Assembly: GCA_036689535.1 (NCBI GenBank)
Contig: CP144850.1
Coordinates: forward strand, 203,956 to 267,955
DNA length: 64,000 bases
Source: Candidatus Stammera capleta
Lineage (GTDB): Bacteria; Pseudomonadota; Gammaproteobacteria; Enterobacterales; Enterobacteriaceae
Direction of reading: 5' to 3'
Part shown: positions 1 through 20,477 of the stretch, in pieces
Numbering within the stretch: position 1 is the first letter of the stretch
How the letters are laid out: every line of letters begins with the position of its first letter
Notes under the pieces: generated by a model
What the model was told of the DNA's origin: nothing
Database searches by the model: none
Seen by the model: the letters and a program-made list of their open reading frames with translations, nothing else
Made by a program: the position numbers and the translations under genes

Positions 1-1
1 T

Positions 2-445
2 TGATTAATTAATATCGTTAATGAAAATATCATAATAATACATGTATTATATATACAACATCCATATTTTGAATATTATTTACATAATAATTATAAAATA
101 GCTACTATTGTAATATGTAATAATACTAACAATAATTATCAAAATAAAAATAAAATAAAAAAAATAGCTATGCATTTAGCTGCTATTCCTTATAAATATA
201 TATATAAAAAACACATTCCTACTAAATATTTAAATGAATTTAAAACAAATATTATTAAAAAATATAAAAAAAAATATCAACAAAATATTTCTTTAAGTAA
301 ATATAAAAAATATTTAAATAATATGTACAAAAAAAATATATTTGTTGAACAATTATTTATTTTTAATCCTAAAATTACAGTTAAAAACTATTTAAATAAA
401 TATCATCTACAAATTCAATATTTATATAAATACAATATTAATTAA
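2..445 (+). CDS. tsf: Elongation factor Ts, C-terminal part (5' end lies outside the window)
   Basis: The frame is open from position 2. KIATIVICNN..IAMHLAA..EQLFIFNPKITVKNYLNKY aligns with E. coli EF-Ts RIGVLVAAKG..IAMHVAA..GQPFVMEPSKTVGQLLKEH. TAA stop at 443-445. Confidence 0.8.
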
Positions 446-578
446 TAATATATATTATTATTTATAATATAATTCAAATAAATAATAAATGAAGAATAAA
501 AATATACATCCGCTTATTTTTTAAAAAAAAGAATAAAATAAATTTTAATATTTAATGATATAATTAATTTTATAATAA

Positions 579-661
579 GGAGGTATGGCTGAGTGGTTTA
601 AAGCAACGGTCTTGAAAACCGCCGACGATTTCGTCCGAGAGTTCGAATCCCTCTACCTCCG
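579..661 (+). tRNA. tRNA-Ser(UGA)
   Basis: Acceptor GGAGGTA/TACCTCC, anticodon loop CTTGAAA, long variable arm, T-loop GTTCGAATC. No encoded CCA. Confidence 0.9.
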
Positions 662-687
662 TCTATTTAATTAAAACTCAATAAAAT

Positions 688-1431
688 ATGAACAATTTAC
701 ATTTAGAAAAAATAATTAATAAATACTTAAATAAACAATGTTATAAAGATATTGCCTATAATGGATTACAAATTACAGGACAAAAAAAAATTTATAATAT
801 ATGAATGGGAGTAACTGCTAACTTAAATCTGATTAAACAAGCAATATATAATAAAATTGATACTATCATTGTACATCATGGATTAATTTGGAATAATACA
901 CCTAAAAATATTTTTGGTATACAAAAAAAAAAAATTAAAAAAATTTTATTAAACAATATAAATTTATATGCTTGACATATCCCATTAGATATACATCCTA
1001 TCATAGGTAATAATATATTATTAGCAAAAATACTGAAAATAAATGTAATACATTATCCTAATTATAAATATCCACTATTAATAGGTAAAATAAAAAAAAA
1101 TATTAAATTAACAAATTTTCTTAATAAAATAAAAAAAATATTTCCATGAAATATTAAAGTTTATACAAATAATATATATAAATATCATAATATAGCTATA
1201 TGTAGTGGATCAGGTTTTTTATCTGAGAAATACATGATACAGAAACATTCTATTAATACTTATTTAACAGGAGAAATTAACGAATATATATTATCTATAT
1301 TAATAGAATATAAAATTAACATTATCCTTTTAGGACATCATTACTCTGAAATTTATGGAATTAAATTTTTAGGAAAATGAATTACAAAATATTTAAATAT
1401 TAATACTAAATTTCAAAATATACCTATATAA
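688..1431 (+). CDS. ybgI: Nif3-family metal-binding protein YbgI (GTP cyclohydrolase 1 type 2 homologue)
   Basis: Matches E. coli YbgI: YNGLQITG, VHHGLIW, NLYAWHIPLDIHP, LLGHHYSE. There are 4 in-frame TGA codons (for example LYA-W-H) plus one TGG. Confidence 0.85.
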
Positions 1432-1751
1432 TAGGTACTTAAATTTATTATTTATATTCAAAAAAAATATTTTTATATATCTTATTTATTAATAAATAAG
1501 ATAAAAATTTATAAATATAAATATATTTTTTTTACTTTACCTATATACTAAATTTTAAATTATTTTTGTATCATTAAATTAGTTATGTATTAAATACATA
1601 AAAAATTAATGTGATAACAATAATCATTAACACTAAATAATTAATTAAACAATATATCAATCAATAAATATATATACATTCTATTATATAGAATAATAGA
1701 TATTATGTTATAAATATATAAATTTATATATATAAAATAAATATTATATGT

Positions 1752-3497
1752 ATGATACATGAATATATTAAAACAAAAATGTTTCTTTTAACAAAAAGAT
1801 TAAATAAATATTCACTAGATTATAATAACTTAAAAAAATTAAAAATTACTCATTATAAATATGATTTATTATTAAATAAATTAAAATTATTAGAAAAAAA
1901 ATATCCAGAATACCAATTATCTAATTCACCCAACAAACAAATATATTATAAATATAATAAAAAAACACTATTAATTAAACATAATATACCTATGTTATCT
2001 ATTAATAGCATTTATTCATATAAACAATTAAAAAAATTTTTTGAAAATATTAAAAAAAAATTTCTGAATATTAATTATATATATTGTTGTGAACTAAAAA
2101 TTGATGGTATAGCAATTAGTATAATATATAAAAATAAAAAAATATTTCAATCTATGACTAGAGGTAATGGTAAATATGGAGAAGATATACTCTCACATAT
2201 TAAATTTATACCATGTATACCCCATACATTAAAAACAAATATCAATAATACTTATATAGAAATAAGAGGAGAATTATTTATTAATAAAAAAAAATTTCAT
2301 ATTTTAAATAAATATAATTATAGTAGGGGAAAAAAAATATTTTCTAATACTCGTAATATGGTATCTGGAACTATTAAAAAAAAAAAAATTAATAAATTAA
2401 TAAATAATCAATTATCTTTTATTGCATACGATCTAATAATAGATCAAAAAAATAGACTAAGTATAGAAACTAATCATTATCTATTATTAAAACAAATAAA
2501 AAATTTAAATTTTAAAACAGATAATAATACAATTATATGTAAAACATATAATGAAATTAAACAATTTTATAAATTCATAAAAAAACAAAGACCTTTTTTA
2601 CCATATAATATAGATGGTTTAGTTATCAAAATAAATGACAGAATTACACAAGAAAATATTAAATATAATAACAAATATATTAAATGAGCTATTGCATGAA
2701 AATTTAAATCTTATAGTGCATGAACTAAATTAGTTAATATTAAATATCAGATTAGTAAACAAGGAATAATTAATCCTATAGCTATAGTAAATACAGTTCA
2801 TATTAATGGCGTAAATATTAATAAAATTAATTTACATAACTTAAATTATTTAAAAAAACTATCATTATCTATAAATGATAAAATATTAGTTAAACGTTCA
2901 GGTGATGTTATTCCTGTTATTACTAAAATTATTAAAATAAATAATCATAATTACATTAATATACCTAATATATGCCCATCATGTCAAAACAAATTAGATT
3001 TTACTTACTCTTCTCCAAGATGTACTAATATATCAATATGTCCAGAACAAAAAATACATTATATACATCATTTTATTTCTAAAAATGGTCTTAACATTCA
3101 AGGAATAGGTCTAAAAATTACTAAAAAATTAATTAAATACAAAATTATTAAAAATATTATTGATTTATTACAATTAACTAAACAAAAATTATTACTGGTA
3201 CCTCATTTTAAAGAAAAATTATCTAATAAAATTATAACATCTATACAGTATGCAATTCAACATACACAACTATATAATATAATATATGCTTTATCTATAC
3301 CCTCTATAGGGATTAATACTTCATATATAATTGCTAAAAAATACATTAAAATGAAATATTTTATTAATGATAGAAAAAATAATTTTGATCAAATAAAAAA
3401 AATTGGACCTACTAAAATTAGTATCATAAAAAAATTTTTATACAATAAAAATAATTTTTTATTACTTAAAAAACTATTTTTTATACTAAATATTTAG
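1752..3497 (+). CDS. ligA: NAD-dependent DNA ligase LigA, short form of 581 aa without a BRCT domain
   Basis: Adenylation motif CELKIDG, OB fold, Zn finger CPSC..C..C, HhH region. In-frame TGAs at K-W-AIA-W-KF (E. coli PRWAVAFKF). TAG stop at 3495-3497. Confidence 0.93.
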
Positions 3498-4924
3498 TTT
3501 TTTATTCACATTAATTGTTTAGATAAAAAAATAATTTTTCTTAAAGAACAAAACAATCTATATTTTACATTAATAATCTTAAGTAATAATATTATTATAT
3601 ATAAATTAATAGTAATTAACTTACCTGTTAAAAAAAAACGCAAAGTTAAAAAAATATCTTTTTTTAAAACTCAAAAAAATTTTTTAAATAATAATGAAAA
3701 AATTCTTTTTATATTCAACAAAGTTCATAAGAATTTTTTATTTAATAATTTTAAAAAATAAGATAACATAGAATATGTATCTCAAGAATATAAATTCAAT
3801 AAAATATATTTATCTATATGAAAATAATTATTATCAAATAATAAACAACATAAACTTAATTCCTGTAAAGTAGATACTTTACATCTAAAATAACTAATAA
3901 TTTCATCAATATTAGTAATTATTTGATAATCAATATTATTTTGCAAAAAAAAAGGTTTTAAATAAAATCATAATAATTTATTACTAATACTAGATATATG
4001 ATATTTATTAATCCAATATAATTTACTTATATTAAGTAAACAATTAGATTTATTTAAATTACTAATATTAAACAAAGATATCATTTCATTTAATGAAAAT
4101 AATTCCTTATTTTTAAAAGATCATCCTAATCTTAACAAATAATTTAATAGAGCAATAGGTAATATACCTATATCCATATAATATTTAACATTAGAAATTT
4201 TATTACGTTTAGATAATTTCTGTCTATTATTATCTAAAATTATAGGTAAATGTATATATTCAGGAACTAACATTTTTAATGCATGTAAAATATATATTTG
4301 TTTTGGCGTATTATTAATATGATCCCCACCTCTAATAACATGAGTAATATTCATTAAAAAATCATCTACTGCTACGCAAAAATTATAAGTAGGAATCCCA
4401 TTTGATCTCTGAATAATAAAATCATCCATAATAATATATGAAATATGTATAGTAGAATATAATAAATCATTAAAATATATATTTTTACTAGGCAATTTAA
4501 ATCTAATAACATAAGGATCTTTTCGTTTACTAAAAATTTTATTCCTACAATAACCATCGTATGACAACTGTTTTTTTAAAGATTTATTTAATATCTTTAA
4601 TTTAGTTAATCTATCATAAGTACAATAACATTTATATGCTCATCCTGTATTTAAAAGTAATTGTAAATAATATTTATATATATCAAACCTTTTTGATTGA
4701 TAATAAACATGTTCGTCTCAATATAATCCTAATCATTCTAATATAAAAAAAATATGATCTATATATTTTTGTTTACATCTAATCAAATCAGTATTTTCTA
4801 TACGTAAAATAAACTTACCATTATTTTTTTTAGCAAATAATCAATTAAACAAAGCTGTACGTATATTACCTATATGTAAATATCCTGTAGGACTAGGAGC
4901 AAATCTAGTTCGTATATGCAACAT
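3494..4924 (-). CDS. gltX: Glutamyl-tRNA synthetase
   Basis: N-terminus MLHIRTRFAPSPTGYLHIGNIRTA (HIGH motif), KLSKR (KMSKS motif), LLRLG-W-S with W encoded by TGA. One frame throughout. TAA stop at 3494-3496 overlaps the ligA stop. Confidence 0.93.
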
Positions 4925-4990
4925 ATTTATTTATTAAAATAAAAATTATTAATATTTTATTAATATATAATTAATATATCACATATTATA

Positions 4991-5023
4991 ATATATATAT
5001 ATATATATATAATATATATATAT
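4991..5023. repeat. Interrupted (AT)n dinucleotide tract, (AT)10 A (AT)6
   Basis: Read directly from the sequence. It lies in the 131-bp divergent gltX/lepA intergenic region. Confidence 0.9.
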
Positions 5024-5055
5024 TACATTTAATATAAATTTTTATATATGAACAT

Positions 5056-6840
5056 ATGCAAACATTAATTCGTAATTTTTCTATTATAGCTCATATTGAC
5101 CATGGTAAATCTACATTATCTGATCGTATTATAGAAATATGTAATAACATAAAACTTAAAAAACACGAAAAAAGAATATTAGATAATTTAGAAACAGAAA
5201 AAAAAAGAGGTATAACTATAAAATCACAAAGTATACAGTTACAGTATAAGTTTCAAAATATAATATATTATTTTAATTTAATTGATACACCTGGACATAT
5301 AGATTTTTCTTATGAAGTCTCTAGAGCATTATATGCAAGTGAAGGAGTATTATTATTAATAGATGCTACCCAAGGTATAGAATCTCAAACATTATCTCAT
5401 TATAATATAGCAAAAAAATTAAATTTACAAATTATACCTATTATAAATAAAATTGATTTATTACAAAATAATATCAACATTTTATATAAACAAATTAACG
5501 ATTTATTAAATATAAAAAAAAAAGATATCCTTATTTGTTCTGCAAAAACAGGATATGGTATAAAAAAAATTATTCGTACTATCATTACTAAAATATCACC
5601 ACCGAAAGGAATACAATCAAAACCATTACAAGCTTTAATTATAGATAAATACTATAATGAATATATAGGAGTATATTTATTAGTTAAAGTGTATAATGGT
5701 ATAATTAAATCTGATTTATCTATCAAATTAATTAAAGATAAAAAAAATTACAAAATTAATAAAATATTTATTAATAAACCTCAAATAACACCAAAACATC
5801 AATTATCTTGTGGAGAAGTAGGATGAATAGTATGTAACACAAAGAATCTCCTAAATTTACCTATAGGTAGTACTATTACCACCACATATAATTCATCTAT
5901 TCATAAATTACCTGTTTTTGATAAAATTATACCAAAAGTATATGCTAGTATTTATCCTAAACACAAATATAATTTTAATTATTTTAAAAAAACATTAATT
6001 AAATTAAATGCTAATGATCCATCATTAACTTTAGAAACAATACATACTCCACTATTAGGTTATGGATATAAATGTGGTTTCTTAGGATTATTTCATATAG
6101 AAATTATTAAAGATAGATTAAAAACAGAATATAATTTATCTATTAATATAACACCACCTAAAATTAAATATTTAATAATATTAAAAAATAAAAAAAAAAT
6201 ATATATAGATAATCCTATAGATTATCCTAATAACAATTATATTAATATAACTAAAGAACCTATTTGTATATGTAACATTACTACACCTATTACTTATTTA
6301 AGTAATATAATAAATATTTGTATTAAAAAAAGAGGTATAAAAAAAAATATTTTTATTTATGATAAAAATGCTGTATTACAATATAAAATACCTATGATAG
6401 AAATCATCACAAATTTTATTAATGAATTGAAATCTATTTCACATGGATATGCAAATTTTGAATATTTTTTTTGGAAATTTAAAAAAACTCATTTAATTAT
6501 TATAGATATATTAATTAATAAAACTAAATTTTATGGATTATCAATTTTTATTCATAAAACACATCTTAAAAAATATAATAAAACTTATCTAAATCAAATA
6601 AAAAAATTGATATCTCCTCAACAATTTGTAATAACTATACAATTAGTAAATAATAATACTGTCATCGCTAGTACTCATATTAAAGCTTTAAGAAAAAACG
6701 TTACAGCTAAATGCTATGGTGGTGATATAACAAGAAAAAAAAAATTACTACTAAAACAAAAAAAAGGTAAAAAAAAATTAAAACAAATGAATAATTTTTC
6801 TTTACCTAAAAATATTTTTTTTAAAATACTAAAAATATAA
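5056..6840 (+). CDS. lepA: Translation factor LepA (EF-4)
   Basis: NFSIIAHIDHGKSTL, DTPGHIDF, NKIDL G-motifs. GEVG-W-IVC with W encoded by TGA at 5824-5826. Both ORF-track pieces share one frame. Confidence 0.95.
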
Positions 6841-6891
6841 ATATTTTTATATTTATATGAACTATAATATATATATTATTTCTGTATACTT

Positions 6892-7836
6892 ATGACACAT
6901 ATTAATTTATTTATCTTTATAATAATAATTATTATTAGTTTTTGAAAAATACTTACTAAATTTAATATATATAAAAAAATATTAAAATATAAATACATTA
7001 ATATTATTTATAATAATAAATTTATATATACTTGATTACAATCTTTAAATAATATATATTTACCAACAATTATAATTCTTTTATTTCGCTGATTTATATA
7101 TGAACCATTTTTTATACCATCATCATCAATGATGCCCACATTATTAAATGGTGATTTTATCATAGTAGAAAAATTTACATATAATCTCCACAATCCTTTT
7201 AATGATAACATATGAATTTATACTAATGAACCTCAATATGGAGATATAGTAGTATTTAAGTATCCTAAAAACCCAAATATATATTATATTAAAAGAATAA
7301 TAGGTTTACCATTAGATAAAATTACTTATAATGAAATTACTAAACAAATTACAATTCATAAACCATGTCTATATAATACTAAAAAATACTGTGCTACTAA
7401 TAATATTACTTATACAAATATAAAAAATAGTAAATTTATTACAGAATTTATTCAAAATAATAATATATATACAGAATATATATGAGAAGATAATGATATT
7501 ATTAAAAAACATTCAAAAAATTCTATTATTATCCCACTTATAGAAAAAACTGAATATATTAATAATATACCACATCAAATTTTATTAATACCTAATAATT
7601 ATTTATCTTATATTAATAATAAGAAAAAAAAATACATTAAAACTTGAATAATACCAAAAAACATGTATTTTGTAATGGGTGACTATAGAGATAATAGTCA
7701 AGATAGTAGATATTGAGGATATCTAGATAAAAAATTATTAATAGGAAAAGCTAAATATATTTGATTTAGTATAAATAAACAAGAGAATTATTGACCTACA
7801 TCATTTAGAATAAAACGAATAGGTAATATTTACTAA
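6892..7836 (+). CDS. lepB: Signal peptidase I
   Basis: IPSSSMMPTLLNGDFIIVEKF (catalytic Ser box), GDIVVFKYP, YIKRIIGLP, GDYRDNSQDSRYWG with W encoded by TGA. The antisense ORF at 7008-7211 is spurious. Confidence 0.9.
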
Positions 7837-7885
7837 ATAATATATTTATATATAATTCATTTCATATAAAATATAAAACATATGT

Positions 7886-8569
7886 ATGTTTAACTTAACT
7901 AATTTAGAAAAAAAAATAAAATATAAATTTATAAACATTAATATATTAAAATTATCATTAACACATAGAAGCTATAGTAAACATCATAATGAAAGACTGG
8001 AATTTTTAGGAGATTCATTATTAAACTTTATTATCACTAAATATATATATAAAAAATTTTCCTTTAAAAAAGAAGGATATATGACTAGAATAAGATCTAA
8101 TTTAGTAAATAGTAATAATTTACTAAAAGTAGCAAAAAAATTAAAATTAAATAAATATATCTTATTAGGACAAGGAGAAATAAAAATGAAAGGACAATAT
8201 AAAAAATCTATATTATCAAACACAGTAGAAGCTATAATAGGAGCAATTTTTATAGATAGTAAAAATATATACAGAGTAGAAAGAATTATTAATATTCTCT
8301 TTATAAAAACATATAATCAACAACAAATAAATAGAATCAATAATAAAAAAGATCCTAAAACTATTTTACAAGAATATTTACAAAAATATAATTTACCTTT
8401 ACCTCAATATTTATTAATTAATAAAACTGGTTTAGATCACAAACAAATATTTACTGTTCAATGTATTATTAATAATATTAATAAATATTTTCTAGGTATA
8501 GGAAACAATAAAAAAGAAGCAGAACAAATAGCTGCAAAAAAAACTTTAATTAAATTAGGAATATTATAA
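7886..8569 (+). CDS. rnc: Ribonuclease III
   Basis: Uninterrupted ORF. RNase III signature NERLEFLGDS and a C-terminal dsRBD (NKKEAEQIAAKK). Conserved lepB-rnc-era order. Confidence 0.93.
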   Translation: MFNLTNLEKKIKYKFININILKLSLTHRSYSKHHNERLEFLGDSLLNFIITKYIYKKFSFKKEGYMTRIRSNLVNSNNLLKVAKKLKLNKYILLGQGEIKMKGQYKKSILSNTVEAIIGAIFIDSKNIYRVERIINILFIKTYNQQQINRINNKKDPKTILQEYLQKYNLPLPQYLLINKTGLDHKQIFTVQCIINNINKYFLGIGNNKKEAEQIAAKKTLIKLGIL

Positions 8570-8599
8570 ATATATATAGATCAATAATCTCAATCTTCT

Positions 8600-9448
8600 A
8601 TGCAAAAATGTCTTGTTATTTCTATAATAGGTAATACTAATACAGGAAAATCTACATTATTTAATCAATTAATCAAAAAAAAAATTTCTATTACATCTAA
8701 TAAAAAACATACCACCATAAAATCTATTATAGGAGTAAATACTAAAAAAAATAAACAATATATATATATTGACAATCCAGGTTTAGATAATATTAATCCT
8801 ATAATATATCTAAAAAAAATTAATATTTTTATAACAAAAAATATTTATATTAATCATTATCCTGATTTATATATTCTTACATTATACAAAAAAACAAATT
8901 TTATAATTCAAAAAATAATTAATATAATTCTATACCAACATATACCATTAATTCTTATTTTAACTAAAATTGATAAATATTCTAAATCTTTATTATTAAC
9001 ATATATAAAACAACTTCAAATATATAAAATACCTATTATCCCTATATCAACACACAAAAAAAAACATATTATATATGTAAAAAATATATTAAAAAAATAT
9101 TTAATATATAAAAAACACTTTTTCCACAAACAATATATAACTAATTTAAATAATAAACAATATATAATAGAATTATTACGTGAAAAAATAATAAGATTAA
9201 CTGGAGAAGAAATACCATATTCTATTCATTATAAATTAATTAATTTTATAAAAACTAATAAAATATTTATACATATTAATATATTAATTAAAAAATTACA
9301 ACATAAAAAAATATTAATAGGTACACAAGGGAAAAAAATTAAAAAAATTATTGCATTATATACACATGATATATGTAATTATTATCACATATGAAATAAA
9401 AAATTAATAAAAATTATATTAATCATTAAATTATTAAAAAAAAAATAA
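8600..9448 (+). CDS. era: GTPase Era
   Basis: P-loop GNTNTGKST, DNPG, TKID, and a KH-like C-terminus. One in-frame TGA at 9392-9394. TAA stop at 9446-9448. Confidence 0.88.
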
Positions 9449-10029
9449 TTTACTGAAAAATATTCATAATAAATAAATTATACTTCCCATACTAATTACT
9501 TATATAATACAAATAAATTACTTAGTAACTTACTTATCTATATTTAGATTGAGTCCAATATTAAAAATAATTTTATAATTAATCATAACTATACATTTAT
9601 CACATTAATAAATAAAAATCTTAACAAAAAATATATTTTTCTATAACATATATTATACATATATTCATTAAATTAAAAATTAAATATAATAATTAAAATA
9701 AATATATATACAAAAAAAAAATATTTTTAAATAAATTATATGTTTATAGTATAGTATATAACAGTATACTACTATATATACTTATATTTATTAAATATAA
9801 TAATAATATATAGATTATATATCTAATATATATTTCAAATATTAACAATAATTCTATTATTTTTTATATAAAAATATAATTTTTATTATCATTAACAATA
9901 TATTACATATATAAAATCCATTAAATAAAAATATAATTTTTTTCACTATATCAAATATATATTTTTAATAATTATATATCCTGAAATTAATTGTATATAT
10001 TAATACAAAACAAATTATTTCTATATTTT

Positions 10030-10686
10030 ATGATTACCTGAAAACAATTATTTTTAGTAGAAAAACAAAAAAAATACTTTAAAAAATTGATTGCCTTTTT
10101 AAATCAAGAATATAAACAAAATAAGATTATCTATCCATTAAAAAATAATATTTTCAATGCATTTATATATACACCATTCGAAAAAATCAAAGTAGTAATT
10201 ATAGGACAAGATCCCTATCACGATAGGGATCAAGCACATGGTTTAGCATTTTCAGTACCACCTACATTACTTAATATACCAGCTTCACTTAATAATATTT
10301 TTAAAGAAATACAACGTGAATTTCCTAATTATAATATACCTAACAATGGATGTTTAATAAAATGAGCTAAACAAGGTATTTTGTTATTAAATAGTATTTT
10401 AACTGTAGAAAAACATAAACCCACATCACATAAAAACATTGGATGAGAAATTTTTACCAATAATATTATTACTTATATTAATAAATATTGTAACAAAATT
10501 ATTTTTTTATTATGAGGTAAATACGCTCTGCAAAAAAAAAAAATTATTAATACTAAAAAACATATTATTTTATATACTTCACATCCTTCTAATTATTCTG
10601 TTAATAAAGGATTTATAGGATGTAACCATTTCATTACTACTAATAAATTATTAGTCAAATATTTTAAAACTATTATTAATTGATAA
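10030..10686 (+). CDS. ung: Uracil-DNA glycosylase
   Basis: VVIIGQDPYH, AHGLAFSV, W-AKQGILLLNSILTV, IG-W-E, HPS. Several conserved Trp residues are encoded by TGA. Confidence 0.95.
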
Positions 10687-10720
10687 TTATATATAATATA
10701 TTTATTATGAAAAATAATTA

Positions 10721-11704
10721 TTAACCTAAAACTAAATCTATTTTTCGTTTAGCTATTATATTAGCTTGTTCTGCTCCAGACAATAATAAATCTAACAAAT
10801 ATTTTTTATGATTATAATAATATAAATATTTTTGTTGTATAGAAAATAGAAATTTATTTAAACGAAATGACAAATATTTTTTAAATTTACTATAAGTTTC
10901 ATATAAAAACCATTCTTCTCATTTAGAAATAGAAATATTACTTATACCAGATAAAATAGTTAACAAATTAGAAATACCTGGTTTATGTAATCTATCATAT
11001 ATAATTTTATGATCTCGATCAGAATCGGTAACTGCTTGTCTAATTTTATGAACAATTATTTTAGGACTATCTAATAATAATAAAAGATTATTTATATTTT
11101 TATCAGATTTCGACATTTTTTTTTGAGGATCTAATAATCCCATAATTTTACTACAATGTCTAGACAATAAATATTTAGGTTTTAAAAAAATATGTTTTTT
11201 ATATAAATTATGATATTTATCAACTAAATTTCTAGTAAATTCTAAATGTTGTATCTGATCTTTTCCAATAGGTACATAATACGTATTATACAATAATATA
11301 TCAGCTGCCATCAAAATAGGATAACTAAACAAACCTATATTACAAAAAGATCAATTTTTCTTAAGAAATAAAGATTTAAACTGAGTCATCCTTTTAAGTT
11401 CACCTATATACGATAAACAATTTAATACTCAATATAACTGAGTATGTGCTGGTACATGAGATTGTACAAAAATAACACATTTATTAGGATTAATACCTAT
11501 AGCTAATAATATAGATAATATACTATATATATAATCATGTAATAACTTTTTATTATGATATATAGTTAAAGCATGTAAATCAACAATACAATAATAACAG
11601 TGAAAATTATATTGTAATCTTAATCATTGTTTAAAAATACCTAAATAATGACCTATAGTTAATATACCAGTAGGTTGAATACCACTAAATACTATTTTAC
11701 ACAT
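10721..11704 (-). CDS. trpS: Tryptophanyl-tRNA synthetase
   Basis: MCKIVFSGIQPTGILTIGHYLG, YPILMAADILLY, KMSKSD. Single frame joined through TGA codons. Confidence 0.93.
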
Positions 11705-11719
11705 TTATTAACCATTAAA

Positions 11720-15949
<4,230 letters not shown>

Positions 15950-15976
15950 AACTTAACTAAGTACAACTTTACTAAA

Positions 15977-20020
<4,044 letters not shown>

Positions 20021-20077
20021 ATATACTTCAATTATAAAATATACTAATATAATTAATTAAAAAATTTTATAATTTTA

Positions 20078-20443
20078 TTATTTTATTTCTACTACTGCAC
20101 CTACTTCTAATAAAGATTTCTGTAAAATATCAATTTCTTTTTTAGATATTTTAGCTTTAATTAATACTGGAGCAGATTCTACTAAATCCTTAGCCTCTTT
20201 TAATCCAATATTTAAATAACTACGTACTACTTTAATAACAGCGATTTTATTAGTACCAATATTTTGTAAATAACAATCATATTCTGTTTTAATTTCTACA
20301 GGAGATACTTCTTTTTGATTAAAATTAGTATAAGTATCAGCAGTAATATTAAATTTTCTTTCTATATCATTAATTAAATCTACTATTTCTAGTACTGACA
20401 TAGAATATATTTTTTCTAAAATTTGTTCTTTTGTAATTTTCAT
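20078..20443 (-). CDS. rplL: Ribosomal protein L7/L12
   Basis: MKITKEQILEKI..KIAVIKVVRSYLNIGLKEAKDLVESAP matches E. coli L7/L12. The ORF-track start at 20458 is 5 codons upstream and less likely. Confidence 0.93.
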   Translation of the reverse strand: MKITKEQILEKIYSMSVLEIVDLINDIERKFNITADTYTNFNQKEVSPVEIKTEYDCYLQNIGTNKIAVIKVVRSYLNIGLKEAKDLVESAPVLIKAKISKKEIDILQKSLLEVGAVVEIK

Positions 20444-20477
20444 TATATAAATACTCACAAAAATATTCTATAAACAA

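Noticed and set aside
170-445. A 91-aa Lys-rich ORF that could be taken for a novel small protein.
   Set aside because: The frame is open back to position 2 and aligns with the C-terminal half of EF-Ts, so it is the 3' part of tsf. I briefly thought there was an in-frame TAA at 86-88, but re-indexing showed the codon is AAT.
4372-4557. A 61-aa ORF overlapping gltX.
   Set aside because: It is an out-of-frame overlap with a well-supported gene, has low-complexity composition, and matches no recognisable family.
5400-5585. A 61-aa antisense ORF inside lepA.
   Set aside because: It is antisense to a conserved GTPase domain. This is a typical spurious ORF of AT-rich DNA.
7008-7211. A 67-aa minus-strand ORF.
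   Set aside because: It lies antisense within lepB, whose catalytic Ser box is encoded on the plus strand at the same place.
7984-8223. A 79-aa antisense ORF inside rnc.
   Set aside because: It is antisense to an uninterrupted, well-conserved RNase III gene.
9449-10029. A possible oriC or DnaA-box cluster in the long AT-rich spacers (also 48906-49541 and 37704-38016).
   Set aside because: I did not spot TTATCCACA-like boxes, and no dnaA, dnaN or gidA genes flank them. This cannot be decided without whole-genome skew analysis, so they are kept only as low-interest findings.
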